Positions 11,596 to 21,247 are shown, counted from the first letter of the stretch. The stretch is 64,000 nucleotides of DNA from Vulcanimicrobiota bacterium (GCA_050250895.1 JBFWNU010000001.1:1192008-1256007), one strand, 5' to 3'. Notes: generated from the sequence alone by a model not told the origin. Numbers and translations are program-made.

Positions 11596-14500
11596 ATGTG
11601 TGGAATCGCTGGAATCGTATACCATCCGCAAGCGGAGTTTAATTTTGACGGAAATGGCTTTCGGCAATCGCTAACCAGGCTGACTGAGGTCCGGCCTGGT
11701 TCGTGCCAGCCTCAGGATTGCCTTACCCTGGTCGCAGAGCTTGAGCAGGCGGCTGCCGCTCTCAAGGAATTTCCGGCGATCTCCCGTCTGTATCAAGAAA
11801 TCGGCCTGCGCGATCTGCTGCGCCAGGCCGCCCAACAGCTGGGCGATTGGGAAGAGACCTGCACCCGCGCCCTGGTGGCCGGCGGCGCGAACTTCAGCTC
11901 GGATGTGGTCGAGCAGTGGAACGCCATCTGGGTCCGCTGTCGCGATCTGGCCTGGGGACTCGAAGTAGATGCCCTCTCGTGCGTCCACCGCATGGAACGC
12001 TTGCTGGCCGAACAGGCCAAGCTCGGTCCTCGCCAACTCTTCGAGGCCTGGAAGCTGGCCGTAGTGCTCGAGAATATCGGGCGGATGGAAGTGCGCGGCC
12101 GTGACTCGCTCGGGATCTCTCTCACCGTTACGGTTTCTCGGCCCGACTACGAGACTTTTCGTCGCTCGCTGATTAGCGACGGCCTCGACGAGACTTTTCA
12201 AGAGCGCCTTGGCATCCGCGACTTCGTCAACGGCGCCCTGTTGCTCGACGAGACCGGTCCCAGTCTGGTATTCACCTACAAGGTTGCCCAAGAGGTAGGC
12301 GCCCTGGGCGACAACGTCAACGCCCTGTACGCTCACATTTCGGCCGATCCCATCCTGTGGCAGATTACCGACCTCGATTCAGCCTCGACCGACCTCTTTT
12401 CCCACACCCGTTGGGCTTCTAACGGCATCATTTCTGAACCCAACTGCCACCCGGTGGACGAGGCGACCCTGACCAGGAACGGTGTGGTTAAAGTCAACCC
12501 GGCTCCCCACCGGGTGACGGTATGCCTCAACGGCGACGTCGACAACTATCAAGAACTCTCCACCCGACTGGCGGCCGAAACCAACCGCATCATCAGTTCG
12601 CGAGTGAGCACCGACAGCAAGATCATTCCGGTGCTCGTCGATCACCATTTTCGCCAGACCCAGGATATGCGCGAAGCCTTCTGTCGCGCCGTGAGCGAGT
12701 GCGAGGGCTCGATCGCCATCGTGATGCAGAATAGCGGTGAGCCCGGCCGCACTTATCTGGCCTTGCGAGGCTCGGGGCAATCGCTGTTCGTGGGTTTGAT
12801 GCGGGGCGGCTATGTTTTCGCCTCAGAACTCTACGGAGTGGTCGAGCAAACCAGCCACTTCTTGCGTATGGACGGAACCGGCGAGCGGGAGGCCGGCCGG
12901 CCCGAAACCGCTGGCCAGGTGCTGGTGCTCGACCTCGATGGTCGAGGTGAGCTGGCGGCCGTGGGAGCCTGGTCTTTTGACGGACAGCCTATGAGTCTGA
13001 CCGACAAAGACGTCAAAACGGCCGAGATCACTACGCGCGACATCGACCGCAAGAACTTCACTCACTATCTTCACAAGGAGATTTCCGAGTCGCCCAATTC
13101 GGTGGCTCAGACCGTGCGCGGCAAGTTCGTGCTCGACAAAGACGGGCAGAACTACCAGGTTCGCATGAATCTGGGCGAGGCCGTCATGCCGGCCGAGATC
13201 CTTGAGCGCCTGCGTAGCGGCGCCATTCGCCGGGTCTATTGGATCGGCCAGGGAACGGCCGCCGTAGCCGGTCAAGCGGTGGCCAACATGATGGAGCGGC
13301 TTTTTGGCTCGCGTCTTTCGGTGCAGGCACTCAAAGCCACCGAGCTGTCGGGTTACTTGATGACCAGCTCGATGGACGATGCTCTCATCATCGCCATCTC
13401 GCAGTCGGGCACCACCACCGATACCAATCGGACCGTCGATATGGCTCGCGAACGCGGAGCCTCGGTCGTCGGCATCGTCAACCGCCGCAACTCTGACCTG
13501 GTCTACAAGGTCCAGGGTGTGCTCTACACCAGTGACGGCCGTGACATCGAGATGTCGGTGGCCTCGACCAAAGCCTTCTACAGCCAGGTAGTAGCCGGCT
13601 ATATCCTGACCTATCACATGGCCCTGGCTCTCGAGGTGGTCTCGCAAGAAGAGGTCTATTATGAGTTGGCCGAGCTGGCTCGCCTGCCCGACCTGATGAA
13701 GTCGGTGCTCGAGCGTCAAGAGACGGTGCGCGAGCTGGCCCGTAAGTTTGCCCCTACCCGGCGCGACTGGGCCGTGGTGGGTAGCGGCTCGACCCGCTCG
13801 GCCGCCAACGAGATTCGCATCAAACTGGCCGAGTTGTGTTACAAGTCGATCGCCACCGACCACATCGAAGATAAGAAGCACATCGACCTGTCGAGCGAGC
13901 CACTGACCCTGGTCTGCGCCGCCGGCCTGAGTCTGGTCGCCCTCAAAGACGCGGTCAAAGAGATTGCCATCTTCCGTTCCCACAAGTCGATTCCGATCGT
14001 GGTTTGCTCAGAAGGGTTCGATGCCTTCGAGGCCTATGCCGACGGGGTCGTCTATGTGCCCAAAGCCTCCGAGAACGCCTCGCTGCTGCTCAACGTAGTG
14101 GTGGGTCACCTGTGGGGTTACTACTGCGCCCTGGCCATCGATGAGGGAGCCGAGCGACTGCGCCAGGCGCGCGCCACCGCCGTGGAGTACATCACCGGCG
14201 ATGACGAGAGCTTCGGTAGCCGCTCGCTGCGCCGCATCATGGTTCAGGCTCGCCAGTTTCAGCACGACCTGGTGCAAGGCCGCTTCAACAGCAGCCTGTC
14301 GGTGCAGGTGGCCTCTGAGCTGACCTCGCTGCTGGGCTATCTGGGCGGGGCGCGCTCGCTGCGCCAGTTCAGCGAAGAGTTCCAGGCTCGGGGCACGCCG
14401 GCCGGATTGGCGGCCACCTTGATCACGGTGTTGTCGAAGGCGATTCATGAGCTGAGTCGTCCCATCGACGCCATCAAGCATCAGGCCAAGACCATCACGG

Positions 14501-15120
14501 TGGGCATCTCGCGTCTCGAAGAGAGCTTCGACGGAGCTTTGTTTGACGCCATTCGTGGCGTGGGGCTGGCGGTCGATGCCGTGCCCTACCGCGACGCCGT
14601 GCTGTTGCGAGCCCTGACCCCGGCCGTGCAAGAAGTCAGCGGCACCACCTGCTATCGAGTCGAGGGCTTGGGCCCGCTGGGCGAACCCGAACCTTCTTCG
14701 ACCGTGACGGTGTTGCGAAAAGAGGGCCTGGCTGCTGGCATCGTATCCCGAGCCGACAAGGGCTATCCATTGGTAGGCACCAAAGAGTGGGCGGTTCGTT
14801 CTTGCAGCCTGTACCTCGGTCGGGGCAGCCGCGACCGGCGCTCGATTGCCATCGTGCCCATCGTGCCTCGCGGACGGGTCGAGAAGCTGGTCTTGCTGCA
14901 CCTCAACTTCGACAAGGAGCTGCCCCTCGACAAGAAGGTGGCCGTCATGCGCGACTTTCGTCAGCGCTATGACGACCTGCGCAGCATGGTCACCGAGACC
15001 GACCTCGAGTGGCGCGACGAGTTTCTCGACTGGTTTACGGTCGAAGAGCTGTTGGCCCGCAGTATCAGGGAATTGAGCCGTTCGATCCTCAATCGCCTGA
15101 AAGCGCCCTCCCAGGCTTGA
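11596..15120 (+). CDS. glmS: Extended glutamine-fructose-6-phosphate aminotransferase (GlmS-like, 1174 aa)
   Basis: MCGIAG (Ntn Cys1), HTRWAS, NGDVDNY, SIS motifs ISQSGTTTDT and VASTKAF, AKTITV (catalytic Lys equivalent). Confidence 0.75.
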   Translation: MCGIAGIVYHPQAEFNFDGNGFRQSLTRLTEVRPGSCQPQDCLTLVAELEQAAAALKEFPAISRLYQEIGLRDLLRQAAQQLGDWEETCTRALVAGGANFSSDVVEQWNAIWVRCRDLAWGLEVDALSCVHRMERLLAEQAKLGPRQLFEAWKLAVVLENIGRMEVRGRDSLGISLTVTVSRPDYETFRRSLISDGLDETFQERLGIRDFVNGALLLDETGPSLVFTYKVAQEVGALGDNVNALYAHISADPILWQITDLDSASTDLFSHTRWASNGIISEPNCHPVDEATLTRNGVVKVNPAPHRVTVCLNGDVDNYQELSTRLAAETNRIISSRVSTDSKIIPVLVDHHFRQTQDMREAFCRAVSECEGSIAIVMQNSGEPGRTYLALRGSGQSLFVGLMRGGYVFASELYGVVEQTSHFLRMDGTGEREAGRPETAGQVLVLDLDGRGELAAVGAWSFDGQPMSLTDKDVKTAEITTRDIDRKNFTHYLHKEISESPNSVAQTVRGKFVLDKDGQNYQVRMNLGEAVMPAEILERLRSGAIRRVYWIGQGTAAVAGQAVANMMERLFGSRLSVQALKATELSGYLMTSSMDDALIIAISQSGTTTDTNRTVDMARERGASVVGIVNRRNSDLVYKVQGVLYTSDGRDIEMSVASTKAFYSQVVAGYILTYHMALALEVVSQEEVYYELAELARLPDLMKSVLERQETVRELARKFAPTRRDWAVVGSGSTRSAANEIRIKLAELCYKSIATDHIEDKKHIDLSSEPLTLVCAAGLSLVALKDAVKEIAIFRSHKSIPIVVCSEGFDAFEAYADGVVYVPKASENASLLLNVVVGHLWGYYCALAIDEGAERLRQARATAVEYITGDDESFGSRSLRRIMVQARQFQHDLVQGRFNSSLSVQVASELTSLLGYLGGARSLRQFSEEFQARGTPAGLAATLITVLSKAIHELSRPIDAIKHQAKTITVGISRLEESFDGALFDAIRGVGLAVDAVPYRDAVLLRALTPAVQEVSGTTCYRVEGLGPLGEPEPSSTVTVLRKEGLAAGIVSRADKGYPLVGTKEWAVRSCSLYLGRGSRDRRSIAIVPIVPRGRVEKLVLLHLNFDKELPLDKKVAVMRDFRQRYDDLRSMVTETDLEWRDEFLDWFTVEELLARSIRELSRSILNRLKAPSQA

Positions 15121-15145
15121 CCGACCAGGGTCAAGTCTCTATAAT
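15117..15145 (+). promoter_or_regulatory. Sigma70-type promoter of the tRNA operon
   Basis: TTGACC (15117-15122), 17-nt spacer, TATAAT (15140-15145), 9 nt upstream of the first tRNA. Confidence 0.85.
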
Positions 15146-15154
15146 GGGGTTCTT

Positions 15155-15227
15155 GGGCCTATAGCTCAGCGGTTAGAGCACCCGGCTCATAACCGGTCGG
15201 TCCCTGGTTCAAATCCAGGTGGGCCCA
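15155..15227 (+). tRNA. tRNA with CAT anticodon, most like tRNA-Ile2 (lysidine)
   Basis: Cloverleaf with acceptor GGGCCTA/TGGGCCC, anticodon loop CTCATAA and T-loop TTCAAAT. G1-C72 paired and no 3GC anticodon stem, so not the initiator. No encoded CCA. Confidence 0.85.
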
Positions 15228-15259
15228 TTTTCAGAAAACTAAATAAGAGTGACTTTCGT

Positions 15260-15333
15260 GGCCCGGTGGTCTAGCGGTGTAGGACGTCGGCCTTTCAAGC
15301 CGAAGATCGCGGGTTCAAATCCCGTCCGGGTCA
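15260..15333 (+). tRNA. tRNA-Glu (TTC)
   Basis: Acceptor GGCCCGG/CCGGGTC, anticodon arm TCGGC-CTTTCAA-GCCGA, T arm GGTTCAAATCC. Confidence 0.92.
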
Positions 15334-15344
15334 CTTTTTATTTT

Positions 15345-15418
15345 GGGCGGATAGCTCAGTTGGCTAGAGCATCTGGTTTACACCCAGGGGGTCGGGGGTT
15401 CAAGTCCCTCTCCGCCCA
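15345..15418 (+). tRNA. tRNA-Val (TAC)
   Basis: Acceptor GGGCGGA/TCCGCCC, anticodon arm TCTGG-TTTACAC-CCAGG, T arm GGTTCAAGTCC. Confidence 0.93.
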
Positions 15419-15426
15419 CTAGCCGC

Positions 15427-15453
15427 AAAACCCCGCAGTCACCGGGGTTTTTT
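15427..15453. terminator. Bidirectional intrinsic terminator
   Basis: AAAACCCCG-cagtcac-CGGGGTTTTTT between the tRNA operon and the convergent TPR gene. Confidence 0.8.
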
Positions 15454-16546
15454 ACTTTTCCAGCAGGCGACTGCGCAGTTCGAGAAACTCTGGCCTGGCT
15501 TCCAGCGCGATGGCTTTGTCCACATCCTCAAGAGCCGCCTCTTTGCGACCCAGAGCCTCGAGCACCTCGGCCCGGGCCACCAGACGCTCGGGCGACGATT
15601 CTAGTTCGATGGCGGCATCGAAGTCGCGCAAAGCCTCGGGCAGGCGTCCCAACCCGGCGTAGAAGCCGGCCCGCGAGGTGCGCACATCGGCCGAATCGGG
15701 GGCCAGACTGACGGCCTTGTCGAGGTCGTAGATGGCCCGCGAGACCCGGCCCAGGCGAGCCAGCAACTCGCCCCGAGCAGCATACACCAGGGGGCGACCG
15801 GGGTCGAGTTCGATGGCCTGATCGTAATCGGCCAGGGCCCGCTTGTCTTGCTGTAGCGCCTGATAGGCTTCGGCTCGGCCCGCATAAGTAAAGGGGTTGG
15901 TAGGATCCAGCGCGATAGCCCGGTCGAAGTCGGACAGGGCCGTGGCCGGGTCGTGGCTCAGGCGCAACTGCGCTCTGGTGTGATAGGCGGCGGCCAGATT
16001 GGGAGCCAGGGCCAGGGCCGCCTGGCAGTCTTCGAGAGCCTGGTTCAGTTGGCCGAGTTCGCCCCGGGCATAGGCCCGCCCGGCTAGAGCCAGGGCCAGT
16101 TGCGGATTGAGCGAGAGGGCCTGGCTGTGGCTGTCGGCCGCCTCTTGGAAGCGCCCCAGGTCAGAGAGTGCGTAGCCCCGGGCCAGCAACAGCTCGGGGT
16201 CGCCGGGCCGCACGACCATGGCTTGTTCGAGCGAGGCAAGGGCTTCGTCGGGGCGGTCCAGGCGGCCCAGGATTTCGGCTCGCAGGGCCAGGCTGTCGGC
16301 ATCCGCGGGTTGGGCGCTAAGCGAGCGGTCGAGTTGCTCGAGGGCCGGGCTGACCCGCCCCAACTGCAGCAAGATCGAGGCCATCTCGCGATGAGCCAAC
16401 CCTGGCTGGCGGTCGGCCAGGCGTTCGAACGCCTCGAAGGCCTGGGTGAGCTTGCCCGCCTGACGCAACCGATAGGCCTCGTCGAGCGGGGTTTGGGCCA
16501 ACCCCGGCAGAGCCAACAACATGATGAGCCACAGAATCCGGGCCAT
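15452..16546 (-). CDS. Secreted tetratricopeptide repeat protein
   Basis: Signal peptide (LLALPGLA-Q) followed by about 9-10 TPR units (A..D.D.AI.LDP). Confidence 0.85.
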   Translation of the reverse strand: MARILWLIMLLALPGLAQTPLDEAYRLRQAGKLTQAFEAFERLADRQPGLAHREMASILLQLGRVSPALEQLDRSLSAQPADADSLALRAEILGRLDRPDEALASLEQAMVVRPGDPELLLARGYALSDLGRFQEAADSHSQALSLNPQLALALAGRAYARGELGQLNQALEDCQAALALAPNLAAAYHTRAQLRLSHDPATALSDFDRAIALDPTNPFTYAGRAEAYQALQQDKRALADYDQAIELDPGRPLVYAARGELLARLGRVSRAIYDLDKAVSLAPDSADVRTSRAGFYAGLGRLPEALRDFDAAIELESSPERLVARAEVLEALGRKEAALEDVDKAIALEARPEFLELRSRLLEK

Positions 16547-16563
16547 CCTCAGATATTCTGGTT

Positions 16564-18456
16564 CTAGTGGACCTCAATCCTCTTGCTTTCGGCCGGGCGG
16601 CTCTCGTTGCCCTCGTCATCGACGGCGGTGACGAACACCCGATAGCTGCCGGGGCGGACCGGACCTGTCTCGAGACGGGTTTCTTCGGTGCGCAAGGGGA
16701 TTCGCAGCTTCTCTGCGGCGGGAACGCAATAGACCTTATAGCTCTCGGCTTCGACCTTATTCCAATGGATCACGAGGTGGTCGCCTTCCTGGGTCACGGC
16801 TAAGCCTTGCGGGGCGGCCGGCGGGGTGCGGTCCTTGGGCATACCATGCTCGGGCCACGACGGAGCCCCGGTCTGGCCGTCGCTGGTGACGCCGGTGACC
16901 ACTACCCAGTAGGTCTGGTTGTTTTGCAGGCCGCGCACCTCGGCCGGCGAGGATTTGACCGTGACCGTTTGGGTGGCCGTGAAAGGATCGGGACCGACCG
17001 TGACCCGGTAAGAGTCGGCCGTCAGGCTGTCGGCTTTCCAGCGAACCTCGAGACCCTGCTCGAGCGGTTTGAGCTCGACCTCGGTCACCTGCGAAGGGGT
17101 GGTTTCGTCGGGGGTGCGCAGGCTTTGGGTGAGCGCCTTCGTGGCCGCGCTGGGGGTCTTGCCCATCAGCCTGGCATAGGCGTGATAGGTGGTGGCCTTG
17201 TTAAGCCCGGTACCCTCGAAGGTGGTGGTGTTGCCCTCCTGCTTGACCCGGCGCAGTTGGGCCCGGGGCAGTTGTTGCCAGCGGTTGGTGGGTAAGCTGC
17301 GGTCCGTGATGCGAAAGTCGAAGATGACCTGGTCGCTCAGTGGGCTCGATTGGATCTCGACCTGATAGCGCCCGCCCCCCTGGGGAGTCACGGTCAACTT
17401 GTCCAGGTGGCCCTGGAAATTGCCGGGAGGGGTCCCCAGCAGGTCGGGATAGACCGTCTTGAGCGAGGGCTCCGAAAAGGCTCGCGTATAGGGAACGCCC
17501 TCCAACAACTGGTTCTGGTCATTGAGGAACAGAGCCAGGTCGGGCTGGTCGGGCGAGAGATATTCCAGGAAGAAAAGGTGGAAGGCACCCGTCCTGGCGG
17601 CCGGGCCTACGCTATCGTCGAGGGCTTGCACGTGCCAGCGCAGCCAGGGCGAGCGGTCGGCCCTTTCGGTGGCATAGTTCCACAAAGTGAGAAAGCTTTC
17701 GAACATGATGCCGTCGACAGCCTGGCCGTAGCCGGGGCCGTCATCGAGTAAGAACAGGCCACGGTTGGCGATCATGAATTGGTTCGGATAGCGCTCCCGC
17801 AGGGCTTTGACCAGTTCGAGCATGCCCGGCCGGGTGGCTCCGTACTCGCCCCAGGGCGAGGCGGTGTCGACGGTATCGAGAAAATAACCGTCGACCCCCA
17901 GGCCCTTGAGATAGTCGAACTTGTCAAACACGATACTGCGCCATTGGGGGTCGTCGGCTCGCACGTAGTAACTGCCCCACACGCCGTTCTCGTCCGGTAG
18001 GCCATCCTGGCCGGGCTCGGTGAGCGGCTGGCTGTCGTTGCCTTGCTCGACGAATCCGTCTTCGGTGAAGTGGTAGCGAACCTGGTCGAGGTACCGCAAC
18101 GGATAGTCGTTGTCGCTTGTCTGCCACGTCTGATGGAAATAGCTCGGTCCGGCCTGTTTCGGGCCGGGGGCGGGAGGGCCGGCCGGGACCTCGGGGTCTT
18201 CGCCGATCGAGACATACCCGATCACGATGGTCTTGCCGCCGTTCTTGAGAGCCTTCACCTTTTGCGGGGTCAGGTTCTCGCGTTCGTCGCCGGGGTGCAC
18301 GATGACCAGGTCAAAGCTGCGCAACCTGGCGATGGACTCGGGGTTCAAGTCACCGTAATAAACCATATAGGTCGCGGGCGGCCAACTGGGATGCGAGGGT
18401 TGGGCCCAGACGGGACCCAGCAGGAGCGCCAGCAGAAGAGGCAAGGCATATTTCAT
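16564..18456 (-). CDS. Secreted GH114/PelA-like TIM-barrel hydrolase with fibronectin type III domains
   Basis: Signal peptide, then YMVYYG..FDLVIVHP, IGYVSIGED, GVDGYFLDTVD, ANRG, MFESF. C-terminal FN3 repeats (GLQNNQTYWVVVT, YRVFVTAVDDEGNES). Confidence 0.75.
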   Translation of the reverse strand: MKYALPLLLALLLGPVWAQPSHPSWPPATYMVYYGDLNPESIARLRSFDLVIVHPGDERENLTPQKVKALKNGGKTIVIGYVSIGEDPEVPAGPPAPGPKQAGPSYFHQTWQTSDNDYPLRYLDQVRYHFTEDGFVEQGNDSQPLTEPGQDGLPDENGVWGSYYVRADDPQWRSIVFDKFDYLKGLGVDGYFLDTVDTASPWGEYGATRPGMLELVKALRERYPNQFMIANRGLFLLDDGPGYGQAVDGIMFESFLTLWNYATERADRSPWLRWHVQALDDSVGPAARTGAFHLFFLEYLSPDQPDLALFLNDQNQLLEGVPYTRAFSEPSLKTVYPDLLGTPPGNFQGHLDKLTVTPQGGGRYQVEIQSSPLSDQVIFDFRITDRSLPTNRWQQLPRAQLRRVKQEGNTTTFEGTGLNKATTYHAYARLMGKTPSAATKALTQSLRTPDETTPSQVTEVELKPLEQGLEVRWKADSLTADSYRVTVGPDPFTATQTVTVKSSPAEVRGLQNNQTYWVVVTGVTSDGQTGAPSWPEHGMPKDRTPPAAPQGLAVTQEGDHLVIHWNKVEAESYKVYCVPAAEKLRIPLRTEETRLETGPVRPGSYRVFVTAVDDEGNESRPAESKRIEVH

Positions 18457-18525
18457 GCCGGCTTGTTTTGAGCGAGGTTCCGATCCTCCTACCGACGAAT
18501 GGCGGCGCCCACAAAGGAGATTGCT

Positions 18526-18756
18526 ATGAAAGACAACATGACCAAGATTTTCCTGGGGGCGCTGGCCCTGCTGACCCTGTCCAACTTCCTGGCCGGCCCG
18601 GCCGTCAGTATCGCTCAGGGGGCGGGCGTGGCCCTGGCCCCGGCCACCTCGGCCGATGGCAACCCGGCCTGCTGGATCGCCGTCGGCAACAAACTCTACT
18701 TCGTGAGTAAGGATGACACCACCGTACTCAAGGTGAAAGCCTCGGGATCGTTGTAA
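18526..18756 (+). CDS. Small exported/membrane hypothetical protein
   Basis: AAGGAGA RBS before ATG 18526 and a hydrophobic N-terminus. Confidence 0.65.
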   Translation: MKDNMTKIFLGALALLTLSNFLAGPAVSIAQGAGVALAPATSADGNPACWIAVGNKLYFVSKDDTTVLKVKASGSL

Positions 18757-18795
18757 AAAGAGGTCTCGGCTCGACCAGTCGTCAATTCCCCTAGT

Positions 18796-19833
18796 ATGAA
18801 GAGGATTATTCTGGCTTTATTACTGGCTTTGACCGGCTGGGGCTGGTGCTACCAGCGGGAGATCGTGGTAGTGCCGGGGAGTGCCCCCGGCGCTGCCGAG
18901 GTAGCGTCCGAGTTGACCCGGCTTCTGGCCTCGGGACCACCCCTGACTCTGTTCGGCGAAGCCGTGTCCTGGAAGGTTCTCGGGCCTGGCCAGGGGCTGC
19001 TGACCCCCACCGACAGCACCCAGTTGGCGGTGGTTCGAGACGGTCAGGTGGTCGAGTGGCGCCACGAGGTGGACGAGCCTGGCTCGGCCCTGGGTTTGCT
19101 GACCTGGGCCTACGCCGACTCGACGACCACCGCCCCCACCATTCAACAGGCCGAGGTGGTGCCCTCGCGGGCTGGGCCGCTGGTGGCGGGCGACCATCTC
19201 GAGGTCAGCGCCGTGGCCTCTCCGGGGGCGACGGGTTCGGTCCGCATCGGGGGCCAGACCATCGAGTTAATCGAGATTGCCCCCGGCCTGTACCGGGGCA
19301 GCTATCCGGTGACGCCCGAAGACCGCACCGTGACCACCCCCGAGTTGACCCTGACCTGGCCTGACCAGCAAAGCCAGAGCCGCACCCTGACGACCGTCGA
19401 ATTCGCGGGTCTGCAGCGGCCGGCGGTCGAGTCGATTGAACAGGTTGGGGTCAGCACCTGGCTGGTCAAAGGCCGGGCTCCGGCCGGTTCTCAGGTGAAG
19501 GCGGCCTTCGTCATTCCCCTGGGCGGGCTGCTCTGGCAGGATGTGCTCAAGCGTAACTACGAGGTAGAGGCCGACGAGACCGGTCGTTTCGAGTTCCTTG
19601 CTCCTCTGGGCACCTTGACCAGTTCACCCACCGGCACGGTGGCCGTGACGGCCGTGGACCCGGCCGGCTATCAGGTGGTGGGCGAAGAGACCTCACACAA
19701 GTTCGTATCGCAAATTCGCTACGACTACTACAGCGCGCCGCCGTTCTATCCCAACCGCAGCTTCTATTACAATCGCTGGGGTTACGGCTATCCGATCTAT
19801 TACCGCCCTCGCCCCAACTGCCGCCGAAGGTAG
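18796..19833 (+). CDS. Secreted hypothetical protein with Ig-like segments and Tyr/Arg-rich tail
   Basis: Signal peptide, PGLYRGSYPV Ig-like motif, C-terminal YDYYSAPPFYPNRSFYYNRWGYGYPIYYRPRPNCRRR. Confidence 0.7.
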   Translation: MKRIILALLLALTGWGWCYQREIVVVPGSAPGAAEVASELTRLLASGPPLTLFGEAVSWKVLGPGQGLLTPTDSTQLAVVRDGQVVEWRHEVDEPGSALGLLTWAYADSTTTAPTIQQAEVVPSRAGPLVAGDHLEVSAVASPGATGSVRIGGQTIELIEIAPGLYRGSYPVTPEDRTVTTPELTLTWPDQQSQSRTLTTVEFAGLQRPAVESIEQVGVSTWLVKGRAPAGSQVKAAFVIPLGGLLWQDVLKRNYEVEADETGRFEFLAPLGTLTSSPTGTVAVTAVDPAGYQVVGEETSHKFVSQIRYDYYSAPPFYPNRSFYYNRWGYGYPIYYRPRPNCRRR

Positions 19834-20601
19834 CTACATTCCCTTGATGTTGTAGCCGGCGTCGATGTAGAGGGTCTCGCCGGTGACGCCCGAGGCCAGG
19901 TCTGACAGCAGGAAGACGGCCGTCTTGCCGACTTCGGACGCATCGACATTGCGCTGCAGAGGGGCGAGCTTGGCGGCGTGGCTCATCATGTCGTTGAAGC
20001 CGCGAATGCCTTTGGCAGAAAGGGTTTTGACCGGCCCCGCCGAGACCGCGTTGACGCGGATGTTATCCGGGCCAAGGTCATTGGCCAGGTAGCGCACGCT
20101 GGCTTCGAGGGCGGCTTTGGCCACGCCCATGACGTTGTAGTTCTGAACCACTTTTTGCGAGCCGTAATAGGTCAGGGTGATGATGCTGCCCCCCTCGGTC
20201 ATTAGGGGAGCAACGGCGCGGCTGAGGGCCACCAGCGAGTAGGCGCTCACCTCGAGAGCGGTGCGAAAACCTTCGCGTGACGTGTCGGCGAACCGGCCTT
20301 GAAGGTCTTCGCGCTGAGCGAAGGCCACGGCATGGACCAGAAAGTCGAGTTTGCCCCAGCTGCTCTTGAGGGTCTCGCAGACAGCCGCGATCTGCTGGTC
20401 GTCGTTGACATCACATGGCAGAACGTGGGGAGCGCCGAGTTGTTCAGCCAGCGGGCGAACACGCTTCTCGAGGGCCTCGTTGAGATAGGTGAAGGCGAGT
20501 TCGGCGCCCTGCTTGTGCGCCTCCTGGGCGATGGCCCAGGCGATGGAATTGGCATTGGCGACGCCAACGATCAAGCCTTTTTTATTTGCTAGCAAACTCA
20601 T
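19834..20601 (-). CDS. fabI: Enoyl-ACP reductase FabI
   Basis: GVANANSIAWAIA, SAYSLV, YNVMGVAKAALE, VNAVSAGPVKTL. Start moved to ATG 20601. Confidence 0.95.
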   Translation of the reverse strand: MSLLANKKGLIVGVANANSIAWAIAQEAHKQGAELAFTYLNEALEKRVRPLAEQLGAPHVLPCDVNDDQQIAAVCETLKSSWGKLDFLVHAVAFAQREDLQGRFADTSREGFRTALEVSAYSLVALSRAVAPLMTEGGSIITLTYYGSQKVVQNYNVMGVAKAALEASVRYLANDLGPDNIRVNAVSAGPVKTLSAKGIRGFNDMMSHAAKLAPLQRNVDASEVGKTAVFLLSDLASGVTGETLYIDAGYNIKGM

Positions 20602-20636
20602 AGCGACGACCCTTCGCAAAGGTCGCTATGAACCCT

Positions 20637-21134
20637 TCAGAAGTCGTCGGGGCCGGTGATCAGGAAGCCGCCGCCGAGGTTGATGGCTTCCAGGCATTCT
20701 TCCAGGTCGGGCAGGCGGCGAGGCTGAAGGGGCAGGTGCATCGGCTCGCCCATGGGACCTTCGAGCTCGATGATATGGTTGCCCTGGCGCTGGAGTCTGA
20801 CGCCAAGAATGCGGGTGGGGGCCACCGCTTGCAGGGGTGAAATCTGGATGAAGACGCCGGCCTTGTTGGCCTTTTCGAGCGCCTCATGCAGGCTCGGAGC
20901 GTCGAGGTCGTGGAAGGGGCCACGAAGCGTGTGCCAGGTGGCTTTGCCCGGTTGTTGCTCTTCGAGATAGACGACCTCTTCGGCGTCGACCCGAATCCAG
21001 TGGTCGGGTGACAGCTTCAGCATTCGGGGCTTCATCTTGACCCGGCCGCGGATTTCGAGCCCGGAGACGGTTTCTTCAAAAGAACCGAACCAGATTCGTC
21101 GTCCCGGGTGGCGGTCGGATTCGAATTTAAACAT
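20637..21134 (-). CDS. Stand-alone, divergent LytTR-like domain protein
   Basis: Pattern IRVDAEEVVYLE...WHT...SLHEALEK...FIQISPLQAV...ILGV...GNHIIEL...LPLQPRRLPDLEECL follows the LytTR consensus layout. GGAGAG RBS before ATG 21134. Confidence 0.55.
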   Translation of the reverse strand: MFKFESDRHPGRRIWFGSFEETVSGLEIRGRVKMKPRMLKLSPDHWIRVDAEEVVYLEEQQPGKATWHTLRGPFHDLDAPSLHEALEKANKAGVFIQISPLQAVAPTRILGVRLQRQGNHIIELEGPMGEPMHLPLQPRRLPDLEECLEAINLGGGFLITGPDDF

Positions 21135-21247
21135 GCTGCCCCCTCTCTCCACTAGATTGGCCGTTGCCAAGTCTATACAGTCTTGTCAAGTCAGGTCAAT
21201 ACCTTTTTGGGGAGGATTTCCTAGAAGATACAAGAGAATTGCGGCAA

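Noticed and set aside
15121-15154. glmS ribozyme
   Set aside because: No room or consensus upstream of glmS (87-bp divergent gap with ychF). The region downstream is the tRNA promoter.
15155-15453. tRNA cluster as an island integration site
   Set aside because: No integrase, no duplicated tRNA 3' end seen, and no obvious compositional shift downstream.
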